Below are positions 10,075 through 22,927 of a DNA stretch of 64,000 bases, piece after piece. Below the pieces are notes generated by a model, which searched no databases, had not been told where the DNA came from, and saw only the letters and a list, made by a program, of their open reading frames with translations. This DNA is from Candidatus Marinacidobacterales bacterium (GTDB taxonomy: Bacteria; Acidobacteriota; Vicinamibacteria; Marinacidobacterales; SMYC01): assembly GCA_965224085.1 (NCBI GenBank), contig CBDCYI010000009.1, positions 640,001 to 704,000 of the forward strand. Direction: 5' to 3'. Numbering within the stretch: the stretch's first letter is position 1; every line of letters begins with the position of its first letter. Position numbers and translations under genes: made by a program.

Positions 10075-11646
10075 ATGATTAAAACGAATCGAAATCGTAT
10101 CGGAAACCTTGCTTTGCTAACAGGTATTCTGCCTTGCCTAATTTGCTGGCAGAGCAGCTATCTCTTCGCTCAGCACGTTGATTTGAATGTCAGTACAAAG
10201 ACAGAGAGCTCTGACAAGCCTGTTGAATTGAGCGCGCCATCGGTAACGGAGCACACCATTACAATGGATGGAGAATCCATAAACTACAGCGCTACTGTAG
10301 GTTATATGATTCAAACGGATGCAGATAACAAGCCCATTGGCTACTTTTTCTACACCGCATACACAAAGCAGGATGAGGATTCCGTTTCTCGTCCGTTGAC
10401 TTTCTGCTTCAACGGCGGACCAGGAAGCTCCTCGATCTACCTCCACATGCTGAACGTCGGGCCCCAAAAGGCCGTGCTTCTGAAAGACGGCAATACTCCG
10501 GCACCACCACCCCGTATGGTGGACAACGTAGATACATGGCTTGCCTTCACCGACCTCGTATTCATCGATCCAATAGGCACAGGGTTCAGTTTTCCTCACC
10601 CAGGAGCGGACACGAAGCAATTCTGGGGTGCTGCAGCGGATGCCGAATCCGTTAGCGATTTCATTCGCATGTACATCACCGAGAACGCTCGCTGGCTGTC
10701 GCCGATTTTCGTGGCCGGTGAGAGTTATGGTGGCATCCGCGGTGCCCTGGTCGCGGAAGAGCTACAGAAAAATCGTCACATCAAATTAAATTTAAACGGT
10801 CTCATCTTTATCTCACCAGCTTATGATGGGCAGAGTCTGGCAACGAGCAAGCACAATCCTACGTACCTCTCACAGTATTTTCCGACTTACGCCACGACTG
10901 CCTGGTACCACAAGAAACTGGATGACGACTTGCAGGGTGATTTCGACAAACTGGTCACGGAAGTGACGACATGGGCTAGCGAAGATTATATGGTGGCGCT
11001 CATCAAGGGCGACAAGCTCGATGATTCCAAAAAGGAAGAGATTGCCAGCCAGATGGCCCGCTACACCGGATTGTCCGAAGACTTCATTCTGGAGAAGAAT
11101 CTTCGAATCACTTCCGCGGAATTCAGAGCAGGACTCTTGCGCGATGAGGGCATAAGTCTGCACCGCGCCGATGCTCGATTCGAAGACGGAGCCTATGACT
11201 TGGCGAGGACTCTATCTCCACTATTTAACCACTACATCAGGAACGTCCTCGGGTTCGAAACGAACAAAGCGTATGTCACGGGATGGTGGGCGTGTGTCGA
11301 GCGAAAGATAGAGTTCAATGAGCCGTGTTTCTCTAGCAGTGGTCTTCGTCCATGGCCATACACCGAAGGTACTGCTCCTTTCTCGGTCGTTCCCAACCTG
11401 AGTGAAGCAATGAAGAACAACAGGAATATGAAGGTCCTCGTCGCTGCGGGATACTACGATTATGCCTGTCCCTTTGCGACCATAGACTATGCGATCGATC
11501 AACTACTCCTGAAACCTGAGTTGCAAAAAAACCTCGTTCGTCGCTACTACCAGGGAGGTCACATGGTCTATATATCTCAGATCGAGATGACGAGATTCAC
11601 CAAAGACGTGAAGGCATTCATCGTGAATTCCACAACTTCCGATTGA
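10075..11646 (+). CDS. Secreted serine carboxypeptidase, peptidase S10 family
   Basis: FNGGPGSSS, FIDPIGTGFS, GESYGG, GGHMVY; signal-peptide-like N-terminus. Confidence 0.92.
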   Translation: MIKTNRNRIGNLALLTGILPCLICWQSSYLFAQHVDLNVSTKTESSDKPVELSAPSVTEHTITMDGESINYSATVGYMIQTDADNKPIGYFFYTAYTKQDEDSVSRPLTFCFNGGPGSSSIYLHMLNVGPQKAVLLKDGNTPAPPPRMVDNVDTWLAFTDLVFIDPIGTGFSFPHPGADTKQFWGAAADAESVSDFIRMYITENARWLSPIFVAGESYGGIRGALVAEELQKNRHIKLNLNGLIFISPAYDGQSLATSKHNPTYLSQYFPTYATTAWYHKKLDDDLQGDFDKLVTEVTTWASEDYMVALIKGDKLDDSKKEEIASQMARYTGLSEDFILEKNLRITSAEFRAGLLRDEGISLHRADARFEDGAYDLARTLSPLFNHYIRNVLGFETNKAYVTGWWACVERKIEFNEPCFSSSGLRPWPYTEGTAPFSVVPNLSEAMKNNRNMKVLVAAGYYDYACPFATIDYAIDQLLLKPELQKNLVRRYYQGGHMVYISQIEMTRFTKDVKAFIVNSTTSD

Positions 11647-11831
11647 TCAGTTAGCCTCTAACCGGTCAGAAACCGGGGATTTTGTTCACACTTTTCTGCT
11701 GGCGCGAGGTAAGTGATTTCGTTTCAACAGCTTTCAGGTTTACCTGGCTAGAGTTAGAGTGCACGCTACTGAAAACGAGACCAAGGGCCTGGGAAGGCAT
11801 ATGGTCTATTTAAGGTGCTTCCGCCATCAAG

Positions 11832-13255
11832 TGATGGGATGGACTCCTCCGCTGACATAGACGGCATCGATGTGCCAAAGTCAGTCGAAAGAACGCATCG
11901 AAAAAGGAGGAGTTCCGAATGAAAGATACGACGATCGCTGTGGATCTTGCAAAGAACGTCTTCGAGATTGCCATCTCGCGCGAAGCGGGGAAGGTGTCCA
12001 AGCAACTCCGTGTGAGTCGACCTAAGTTGGTGTCGTTTTTTGCGAAACAGAGCGCTGCCACCGTGCTTCTCGAAGCCTGCGGCTCGGCTCACTTCTGGGC
12101 AAGGACGTTGCGACGGTTGGGACACGACGTCGTCCTGCTCCCACCTCACCTCGTAAGGCCGTATCGACGCGGGAGCAAGAACGACCGCGCGGACACCAAA
12201 GCTTTGCTCGAGGCTTACCGGAACGAGGAGATTCTTTCGGTGCCCATCAAGTCCGTGCGCCAGCACACCCTCGCCGCGCTCCATCGCCTACGCTCAGGAT
12301 GGCTCTCCACACGGACCGCACGCATCAATGCCGTACGCGGGGTCCTGCGCGAGCTCGGACTCTTCATCCCCAAGGGCGCTCACTTCGTCGTGCCCGCCAT
12401 CTCCGAGCTCGTCGAAGACGCTGATTCTGATTTGCCCGACGTGCTCCGTCCGCACCTGCGTGATGCGTGCTCCGAGATTCGAGAGCTCAAGGACAAGTGC
12501 GCTGGCATCGAGCACGAGCTCAAGGCGCTCACCAAGCAGCTTCCTGAGGTGCAACGACTTCTCACCATTCCCGGCATCGGACTTCTGACCGCGACCGCCA
12601 TCGTCGGCTTCGTTGGGGATCTGCGCCGCTTCCCATCGGGACGCCGCTTCTCGAGTTACCTCGGCCTCGTTCCCAAAGAGAACTCCAGTGGTGACATTCG
12701 CCGCCTCGGGCGCATCACCAAGCGTGGCGACTCCTACCTCCGTACGCTCCTCACGCAGGGCGGACGCGCCGTGCTCCGAGCGGCCAACGTCAGCAAGAGC
12801 CCGCCCGACAAGCTCCGCGCCTGGGCGCGGAAGCTCCACCGCTCGCGGGGACACAACAAAGCCGCGATTGCTGTCGCCAACAAACTCGCCCGGATAGTCT
12901 GGGCCGTCTCCACCCGCGAGAGTGAATTCCAGTCGGTGCCCGCGGCCGCATAGAGGCTCCACTTTCGTGTTTTCCTTCTTCCCTTCCAACAGAGGCTGCG
13001 ACGATACCCATCCAACTGATGGCGTACCGGTCGGACCGGCGCGGGGTCAAGCCGATAGCAACACTGGCCCTCAGAGGTCGCTCAAAGTGATTGGCTCCTC
13101 GCGCGCGGATTTTCCGTCATGGCCCGGAGCACCCAAGACGCTCCTCACTGAGGCCGTAGATATGTTTGCAGTCTGACCCACTCGTCACCGATTTGGACGA
13201 GCAGCTCTGAGGAAGACTTTTTTGAGAAAGGTGTTGATTGAGGAGTCCAGATATG
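11832..13255 (+). mobile_element. IS110 family, IS1111 group, complete; transposase 11919-12953
   Basis: AVDLAK, LEACG, KNDRAD, ENSSG; subterminal IR TGGACTCCTC (11840-11849) / GAGGAGTCCA (13240-13249); ~300-bp 3' non-coding end; TG core at both ends. Confidence 0.95.
13010..13185 (+). ncRNA. Putative bridge/seek RNA of the IS1111-group element (second copy at +565)
   Basis: Contains segments matching both target flanks and both element ends (see findings); boundaries approximate. Confidence 0.7.
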
Positions 13256-13820
13256 GTGACATTCGCCGCCTCGGGCGCATCACCAAGCGTGGCGACTCCT
13301 ACCTCCGTACGCTCCTCACGCAGGGCGGACGCGCCGTGCTCCGAGCGGCCAACGTCAGCAAGAGCCCGCCCGACAAGCTCCGCGCCTGGGCGCGGAAGCT
13401 CCACCGCTCGCGGGGACACAACAAAGCCGCGATTGCTGTCGCCAACAAACTCGCCCGGATAGTCTGGGCCGTCTCCACCCGCGAGAGTGAATTCCAGTCG
13501 GTGCCCGCGGCCGCATAGAGGCTCCACTTTCGTGTTTTCCTTCTTCCCTTCCAACAGAGGCTGCGACGATACCCATCCAACTGATGGCGTACCGGTCGGA
13601 CCGGCGCGGGGTCAAGCCGATAGCAACACTGGCCCTCAGAGGTCGCTCAAAGTGATTGGCTCCTCGCGCGCGGATTTTCCGTCATGGCCCGGAGCACCCA
13701 AGACGCTCCTCACTGAGGCCGTAGATATGTTTGCAGTCTGACCCACTCGTCACCGATTTGGACGAGCAGCTCTGAGGAAGACTTTTTTGAGAAAGGTGTT
13801 GATTGAGGAGTCCAGATATG
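13254..13820 (+). repeat. Tandem duplication (565-bp period) of the IS1111 3' part 12689-13255
   Basis: Identical translations offset by 565 (stops at 12953 and 13518); junction at a TG dinucleotide. Confidence 0.97.
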
Positions 13821-13867
13821 TGGCTACGCTGCGAGAGGCATCTGACTGCTTGTGTCTGTTGGCCCCC

Positions 13868-14241
13868 TACGAGCGCCACCGAACGTGATCACGATCGTTC
13901 CTTCTCGTCTTGACGACCTGACCATAGAGAGCTGCCGGGCCGAAGACACGACGAGCGACCTTCTCGTAGAAATCGAATCCGTCGGTGACAATCAACGGAA
14001 GACCCTGGAAATCCATCAAGAAGACGAGCCCACCATGAGCCCCGCACGAAAGCAGGCTTTGCGGCGGCGATGGGCAGATTTGATAAAACGCGTCTTCGAG
14101 CTCGACCCCCTTCGGTGTCCTTGCGGTGGGACGATGCGCGTGGTCGCTTTCATCACTCAGCCGCGGGTCATACGCAAGATACTCGGACATCTCAAAAACA
14201 AAGCAAACCGCGACCGAGCTCCTCCTGAGCCGTCCTCCTAA
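13868..14241 (+). pseudogene. IS91-like transposase C-terminal fragment
   Basis: WADLIKRVFELDPLRCPCGGTMRVVAFI...RAPP. Confidence 0.75.
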
Positions 14242-14571
14242 TTCAACATCAACGTCGTCTCTCCGATACCGGTGTGCCTCGACACCCTTCGGGCCTCCCC
14301 ACTCAACACCCGCCGATACGTTTCGGAGCTTCTTTGACGCATTTCTCGCTACCCTGCCTGCGGTCTTGCCACGCCCGTGCGCCTTTCTCCACAGGCCTCA
14401 TGCCCGTTGCTCGCTCAAAGTTCCTGATATGTATTGAGCTGTCTAGCCCATGCCCAATCCTTACTTACGGCATCCAACCTCCCCGCTCATCTGGTCAGGG
14501 CACGAGCAGCTTCATGCGACGGTGGATCAACCTGATATCCGCGTGTTGGTTAACGCCTGACATGCCTTCGT

Positions 14572-15923
14572 GGCGTTGTTGCACGGCCCGGAGCAAATCG
14601 CTGACCTCCCTGTGCCGGTCGGAGAGTCACCCGGCGCAGTAAGTATCGGGCATGCCGAGCGCGGTCATCTTGTTGAGTATCTCGCACCCAATTCGGTGTT
14701 CAACTCGTTGCCTCGCCAACGTTCGAGTCCGCATCTCGGGCCCCATGATCGCCTTGTAACGATAGACCGCGTTCTCCACCATGCTTCGCTCGGTGCAGCC
14801 TGAGAGCTTGTACCATTCACGTCGGCCGTGTCTTTCGATTGCACGAATATGGCGGTCGCGTTCCCGCATGGCGGTGTTCGAATTCTGACTGAGCGTGGCG
14901 TTTCGTTGCGGCGGAATCACCACGCGCGTCCTTCGTCCAGGGCTGTGCGCTTCGATGGCTTCGTAGACCGCTTCCTTGTCGTATGCACTGTCCGCCGCCA
15001 CCGACGCTATAGGTGCTTGAATCTGTGTTAGCAAAGGGGGGACTCGCGTTGCGTCGCGAGCTCGTGACGCCGTCAGTTCGGACGCAACAATGTTGCCGGT
15101 CTTGCGATCAACGGCGATGTGCAACTTGCGCCAGGCGCGCTGCTTTGGCGGTTTGCGGGTGGTTCCAACATGAATTCTCAAGCCCGTGCTATCGATCATC
15201 AGGTGGATTAGTGTCTCTTCCGGGGATGGTCGAAACCCCTCGCCTTTAGGCGAAGAGAAGATCGTGGTATTGTGGTCGCGTGCGTCACTACAGGCACGGA
15301 GCGCACACGAAAACGGACCTAAAAGCGCACATCGTTTGGATACCGAAATATCGTAAAAAGGTTTTGATCGGTCCAGTAGCGGTTCGTGTGCGCGATCTGA
15401 TTCGTCAGATCGCGATGGAACATGAGCTGCACATAATCTCGGGTAAGGTTGCACGCGACCACGTCCACGTGTTCGTATCCTACCGACCACACCAGGACCT
15501 GAGTAGGATCGTGCAGTGGCTAAAAGGAATAAGCTCCCGAGTACTCCTTCAGGAGTTTGCTCACCTGAGGAAGAAGTTTTGGGGCCGGCACTTCTGGGCC
15601 CGAGGATATCTGGCGGTGAGTTCAGGAAGCATAACGGACGAGATGGTAAAGGAGTACATAGACTCCCAGGATGGCGAGCCTCTTCACGACGACAGTCAAT
15701 TTCCAATTGACAGCCCTTGAAGCCACCGCCTTCTAGGCGGTGGTTGTTCACTTGATTGCTTGCGGCTTTCCGAATCCGCAGCTTCTTGCGGAGCAGCCTC
15801 GACCGCCGACACAACGTCGAGTAGTCCGGGATCTCGATACCGAGCCCGAGAAGCGAGGCGATCGAGTGCAAGAAGCCTTCGGTTTGGCGGTAGGCAAGCT
15901 TGTACACCATCCGGACAACCAGG
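14572..15923 (-). mobile_element. IS5 (IS903-like) copy 2, 5'-truncated and interrupted by IS200
   Basis: Right IR at 14572; matches copy 1 over 14572-15211 and 15752-15923. Confidence 0.93.
15212..15751 (+). mobile_element. tnpA: IS200/IS605-family element with tnpA only (ORF 15280-15720)
   Basis: HIVWIPKYR, HUH motif DHVHV, catalytic Tyr in VKEYIDSQ; subterminal hairpins; inserted 3' of TTAG, ends TTCAC, no TSD. Confidence 0.93.
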
Positions 15924-16942
15924 AGATGAAAGCTTGGGCGATCCCTCCTGATGGACCAAAGCGCACGCTCCTGCACATTAAGCAGTGGGACTTCAACTGG
16001 CAGGACGAGTACCGCTTCGCCGAGCGCGTCGCGCTTCCCGCGGGCACGACGCTCGCGATGGAATACACGTACGACAACTCGTCCGATAACCCGCGCAACC
16101 CGCATCGTCCGCCGCGGCGCGTGTTGTACGGCCCGGGATCCTCCGACGAAATGGGCGATCTCTGGATCCAGGTGGTGCCACGACGCGGCGAAGATCTTCA
16201 GACATTGGAGGTGGATTTCGCGCACAAGGAGACGGCGGCCCGCCTCGCCGGCTACACGTTCAAGCTCGACGTCGATCCGGACGATGAAGAGGCTCACTAC
16301 AGCTTGGCAGGGATGTTGGCCGAGCTTTCGAGGACGGGCGAGGCCATCCGTCACTACCGGGAAGCTCTTCGCATTCGAGGGGACTTTGCCCTCGCGCTCA
16401 ACGATCTCGGGAGGCTCTACCTGCTCGAGGGTGACGCGGAGAAAGCGAGCTCACTGTTTCGTGACGCCATCGCTTCGAGCCCCGACTTGCCACAAGCCTC
16501 GAGCAATCTGGGCACGATTCTTCTCGATCGTGGTCGAACGGCCGAAGCCGAGGAATATTTCCGCCGAGCGCTTCGGGCGTGGCCCGATTTCGCCGAAGCT
16601 CACTACGGTCTCGGCCGAGCTCTGGAAGCCCGTGACCAGATCGACGAAGCTCTCGGTCACTATCGGCACGCCGTGTCGGTCAGGCCGGATTTCGCGCTCG
16701 CGCATTTCCGGCTGGGGAACGTCCTGGCGAGAACGGGCGACGACGATGCGTCTCTTCACCATTTCGACGCCGCTCTCGACGCTCAACCGGACTTCGTCCC
16801 TGCTCTGTTCAACCGGGCCGCCGTGCTCGCCCGTCAGGGAAAGCTCGAGGAGGCGACGCGAAGTCTGGAGAAGCTTCTACGAATCGAGCCCGAGCACGAA
16901 GAAGCCCGCGAGCTGCTGCGCCGGATCGAAGCACTGCGCTAG
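15924..16942 (+). pseudogene. 5'-truncated copper-monooxygenase-like C-domain plus TPR protein
   Basis: WDFNWQDEYRF...YDNSSDNPRNP...GSSDEMG followed by TPR repeats; no start, joined to IS5 interior. Confidence 0.7.
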
Positions 16943-16944
16943 CG

Positions 16945-20112
<3,168 letters not shown>

Positions 20113-20113
20113 G

Positions 20114-21520
20114 TCATTGTCCTCCGCGGATGACGAGTAACTCTGTTTGTCGCGGCGCGAAGTATTCCACCCCGTTGTCGGTGAGCCGGGCGTTCTCTTC
20201 GATGCGGATCGGCAGCACTTTGTCGTTCCACTCGGGTATGGGCGTGCTCACGTGAAGCTCGACCGAGTACCACGCTTCGGCCGCCATCGGATAGCGGACG
20301 CGATCGCCGTACGCGAACGGCCAATCGATCGCCACCCGCGCGCCGATATCGTGCGTCGAGTTACCCACCGAATGGCAGTAGACGCCGACTTCCGGCTGCG
20401 TCGGGTCGGTTTTCACGACGCCTCCCGTCTTCGGCTGGCCGGCGTGGTAGCCCATGACGCTGACGTCTTCCATCGTCGCCTCCCAGACTTCGTGGGCGAT
20501 GGCGCCGGGCTTCATGTTCGCGGTCAGCGTATCGGTAACCTTCATCGCATCGTCGAACGCTTTCTGGATGCTCTCCGGCGGTTCGACTTCACCCGGTTTC
20601 AACACATAGGCGGTGCGCTTGATGTCGGTGCGGTAGTCGATGAAGCCGACGCCCGCGTCGACGGAGAGGACGTCGCCCCCCTCGACCGTGTGCTCCGGCG
20701 TATTGGTGGGGAGGGCCTCACCGTCACGCGTGATGCGGACACCCGGCAGAAACTCCACTTGGAGACCGAGCGTCATCGCACGCTCGCGCATCCACCAGTG
20801 GATGTCGTCCGCAGTCGTTTCTCCCACCGTCACGACCGTATCGGAGAACGCCTCTTCCTCCCAAGCGACGGTCCACTCGCAGAGGTCCCGAAAGACTTCG
20901 ACTTCGTCCGCGATATGGATGGTTCGAAAATCCCGGACCAACAGCTCCGCGGAGACCATGCGGGAAGCGTATTTGGGACCGAGCGTGTCCTCGAGAAACG
21001 TTCTCAACGTCCACGACAAACCGTCCGCCATCGGTAGCGTGGGCGAGACATTGATCCCGATCCGTTGTGGGTCCCGTTCTTCCACGACTTTCTTCAAGTG
21101 AGGGCTGACGCCGCCCTCGGAGTACCCGTAGTAGATGAGCTCGTCGTAGCTGTCCCGAATCGTCGTGTCACGCAGCTCATGAGAGCCGATGAAGATCTTT
21201 TCCGGTGTGTCAGAGCCGCGATCGAAGAAAAGATAGGCGTTCCGCACGCCTCCCCAGCCGCCGCCGATCTCCGACAGGATCGGATCGATGTGGTGCTCGC
21301 GGCTGAACACGAGCCACAGATCGATGTCGTGGGCCCGCATCGCGGGCAACAGCACGCTATCGAGGCGTTTTGCGATGAGCCGCTTTCGAATCTCGAAGCG
21401 CTCCTTGGCGTCGGGAATGTCGAGCGTATCGGTGGGACGCGGCGCGTCCGCGGGCGCCGACGAACCGCAGCCGTTCAAAAAAAGAAACGCCGACAACACA
21501 AATGCTGAAGTTCGAATCAT
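20114..21520 (-). CDS. M24-family metallopeptidase, probable lipoprotein
   Basis: Ligands in VDAG, TDIKRT, HSVG..HD, VELH, IEEN; lipobox-like LNGC. Confidence 0.85.
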   Translation of the reverse strand: MIRTSAFVLSAFLFLNGCGSSAPADAPRPTDTLDIPDAKERFEIRKRLIAKRLDSVLLPAMRAHDIDLWLVFSREHHIDPILSEIGGGWGGVRNAYLFFDRGSDTPEKIFIGSHELRDTTIRDSYDELIYYGYSEGGVSPHLKKVVEERDPQRIGINVSPTLPMADGLSWTLRTFLEDTLGPKYASRMVSAELLVRDFRTIHIADEVEVFRDLCEWTVAWEEEAFSDTVVTVGETTADDIHWWMRERAMTLGLQVEFLPGVRITRDGEALPTNTPEHTVEGGDVLSVDAGVGFIDYRTDIKRTAYVLKPGEVEPPESIQKAFDDAMKVTDTLTANMKPGAIAHEVWEATMEDVSVMGYHAGQPKTGGVVKTDPTQPEVGVYCHSVGNSTHDIGARVAIDWPFAYGDRVRYPMAAEAWYSVELHVSTPIPEWNDKVLPIRIEENARLTDNGVEYFAPRQTELLVIRGGQ

Positions 21521-21524
21521 GGCA

Positions 21525-22907
21525 CTACCTTTCCCAAATGCCTTTTTCCGCCATGAGCTTTTCGATCTCATCGGGCTCGATGGGGGCGTGTGCTGTGAGC
21601 CACTCGTGGCCGTCCTCCGTGACGACGATGACGTCCTCGAAACGAATCGCGAACTCGTCCGCCTGCACGGTCCATTCGATGACGAAGCACATGCCTGGCT
21701 CCCAGGGAATGTCGTAGTCGCCCACGTCGTGGATCTCCATGCCAACGAAATGGCTGATCCCGAAATGCACGGTGCGATCGCCGAGCCCCGCTTCCGTCAT
21801 GAGCCGATCCTTGAGCGCCTGGCTCTCCCGGAAGGTGCCGCCGGGCTTCACGGCGGCGATCGCTTCTTTTTGGATCCGGGTGACGATCTCGGCGATACGG
21901 CGCTCCTCAGGGCCGTATTTGCCCCTCACTGGAATCGTACGTCCGAAGTCGGAAGTGTAATGTTTGTATTCGGCGCCGATGTCGTAGCTGATCATGTCGC
22001 CGTCTTTGACCGGCCACGGCCCGAGACGCGGCGTCAGGCCGATAGGCCACTCGCGCTCGCCCCGCGGGCGCGGGGGTCCCGTGATCCTCACGTTGGTGCG
22101 GAACGACGGGGCCGCATGCTCGTAGGCGAACACGAAGTTCACGATCGCGCCGATCTGTTGCGTCGTCATCCCCGCGCGGACCGCTCTGGCGGACTCCATG
22201 TAAGCTTTGACGGTAATGTCCGAGGCTTTGCGCAAGAGCTCGATGTCCTTCTCGTCGTGGATCATACGGAGTCGGTTCAGGATGTCGGTGGCATCCTTCA
22301 TCTGGATCTCGGGCGAGAAGTAACGGAGTCGATTCGCGATGTCGAGCCGCTCCGGTGGAGTGGTGGCGAGGTTCATGAAGCGCTGATAGTTGAAGTAGAG
22401 AATCTTCGAAGTCCCCAGCGCCCGCGACAGGTCGGTAGCCAGCGGCTTGATGCCGCGCTGCCAGGTTCTCAAGTTCGAGTAGTCGCTCATCGCGTCCGAC
22501 AGGTGCTCCAAAAAGAGCTCGTACGGATACACGTGCTCGACCCCCGTCCTGGCCCGGATGGTTTCCGGATCCCGTGACGTGTAGAGGATCTCGTTGTACG
22601 TTTCCGCGCCCGGGGCCATCACCAATGCAGATTCCCAGGTGTCGGCACCTTCAAGCCCGGTCAAGTAGATGAAGTCATGCAGATCGGAGTGCGGTACGAA
22701 GAACTCGTAGATGAAATCCTGGTCCTTCTTGGACGCCATGATGACGGCGATACCGCCTTCCATCGCGCTCGCGAACTTGGCGCGACGCGCGCGGTGATGC
22801 TCGATGTCGATGGGCTCCGGCTCACGCTGGGCCCCTGAGACGGGTGGGTGCAAGAAAGCAAAACACAAACCCAGGGAAAGGATACGGATCGTTCGTGTCA
22901 TGGTCAT
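21525..22907 (-). CDS. Xaa-Pro aminopeptidase, M24B, secreted
   Basis: DFIYLTG, YDIGAEY..YTSDFGRT, SHFVGMEIHD, RFEDV. Confidence 0.9.
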   Translation of the reverse strand: MTMTRTIRILSLGLCFAFLHPPVSGAQREPEPIDIEHHRARRAKFASAMEGGIAVIMASKKDQDFIYEFFVPHSDLHDFIYLTGLEGADTWESALVMAPGAETYNEILYTSRDPETIRARTGVEHVYPYELFLEHLSDAMSDYSNLRTWQRGIKPLATDLSRALGTSKILYFNYQRFMNLATTPPERLDIANRLRYFSPEIQMKDATDILNRLRMIHDEKDIELLRKASDITVKAYMESARAVRAGMTTQQIGAIVNFVFAYEHAAPSFRTNVRITGPPRPRGEREWPIGLTPRLGPWPVKDGDMISYDIGAEYKHYTSDFGRTIPVRGKYGPEERRIAEIVTRIQKEAIAAVKPGGTFRESQALKDRLMTEAGLGDRTVHFGISHFVGMEIHDVGDYDIPWEPGMCFVIEWTVQADEFAIRFEDVIVVTEDGHEWLTAHAPIEPDEIEKLMAEKGIWER

Positions 22908-22927
22908 GGAAAGCTCCTTCGAGAGGA

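Noticed and set aside
11671-11770. CCGGGGATTTTGTTCAC... as an IS terminus
   Set aside because: It looks like an orphan IS end, but there is no partner IR or transposase to support a call
14627-16354. 575-aa minus-strand ORF as a novel fusion transposase
   Set aside because: Chance read-through of the antisense TPR gene, an IS5 fragment and the 540-bp (in-frame) IS200 insertion
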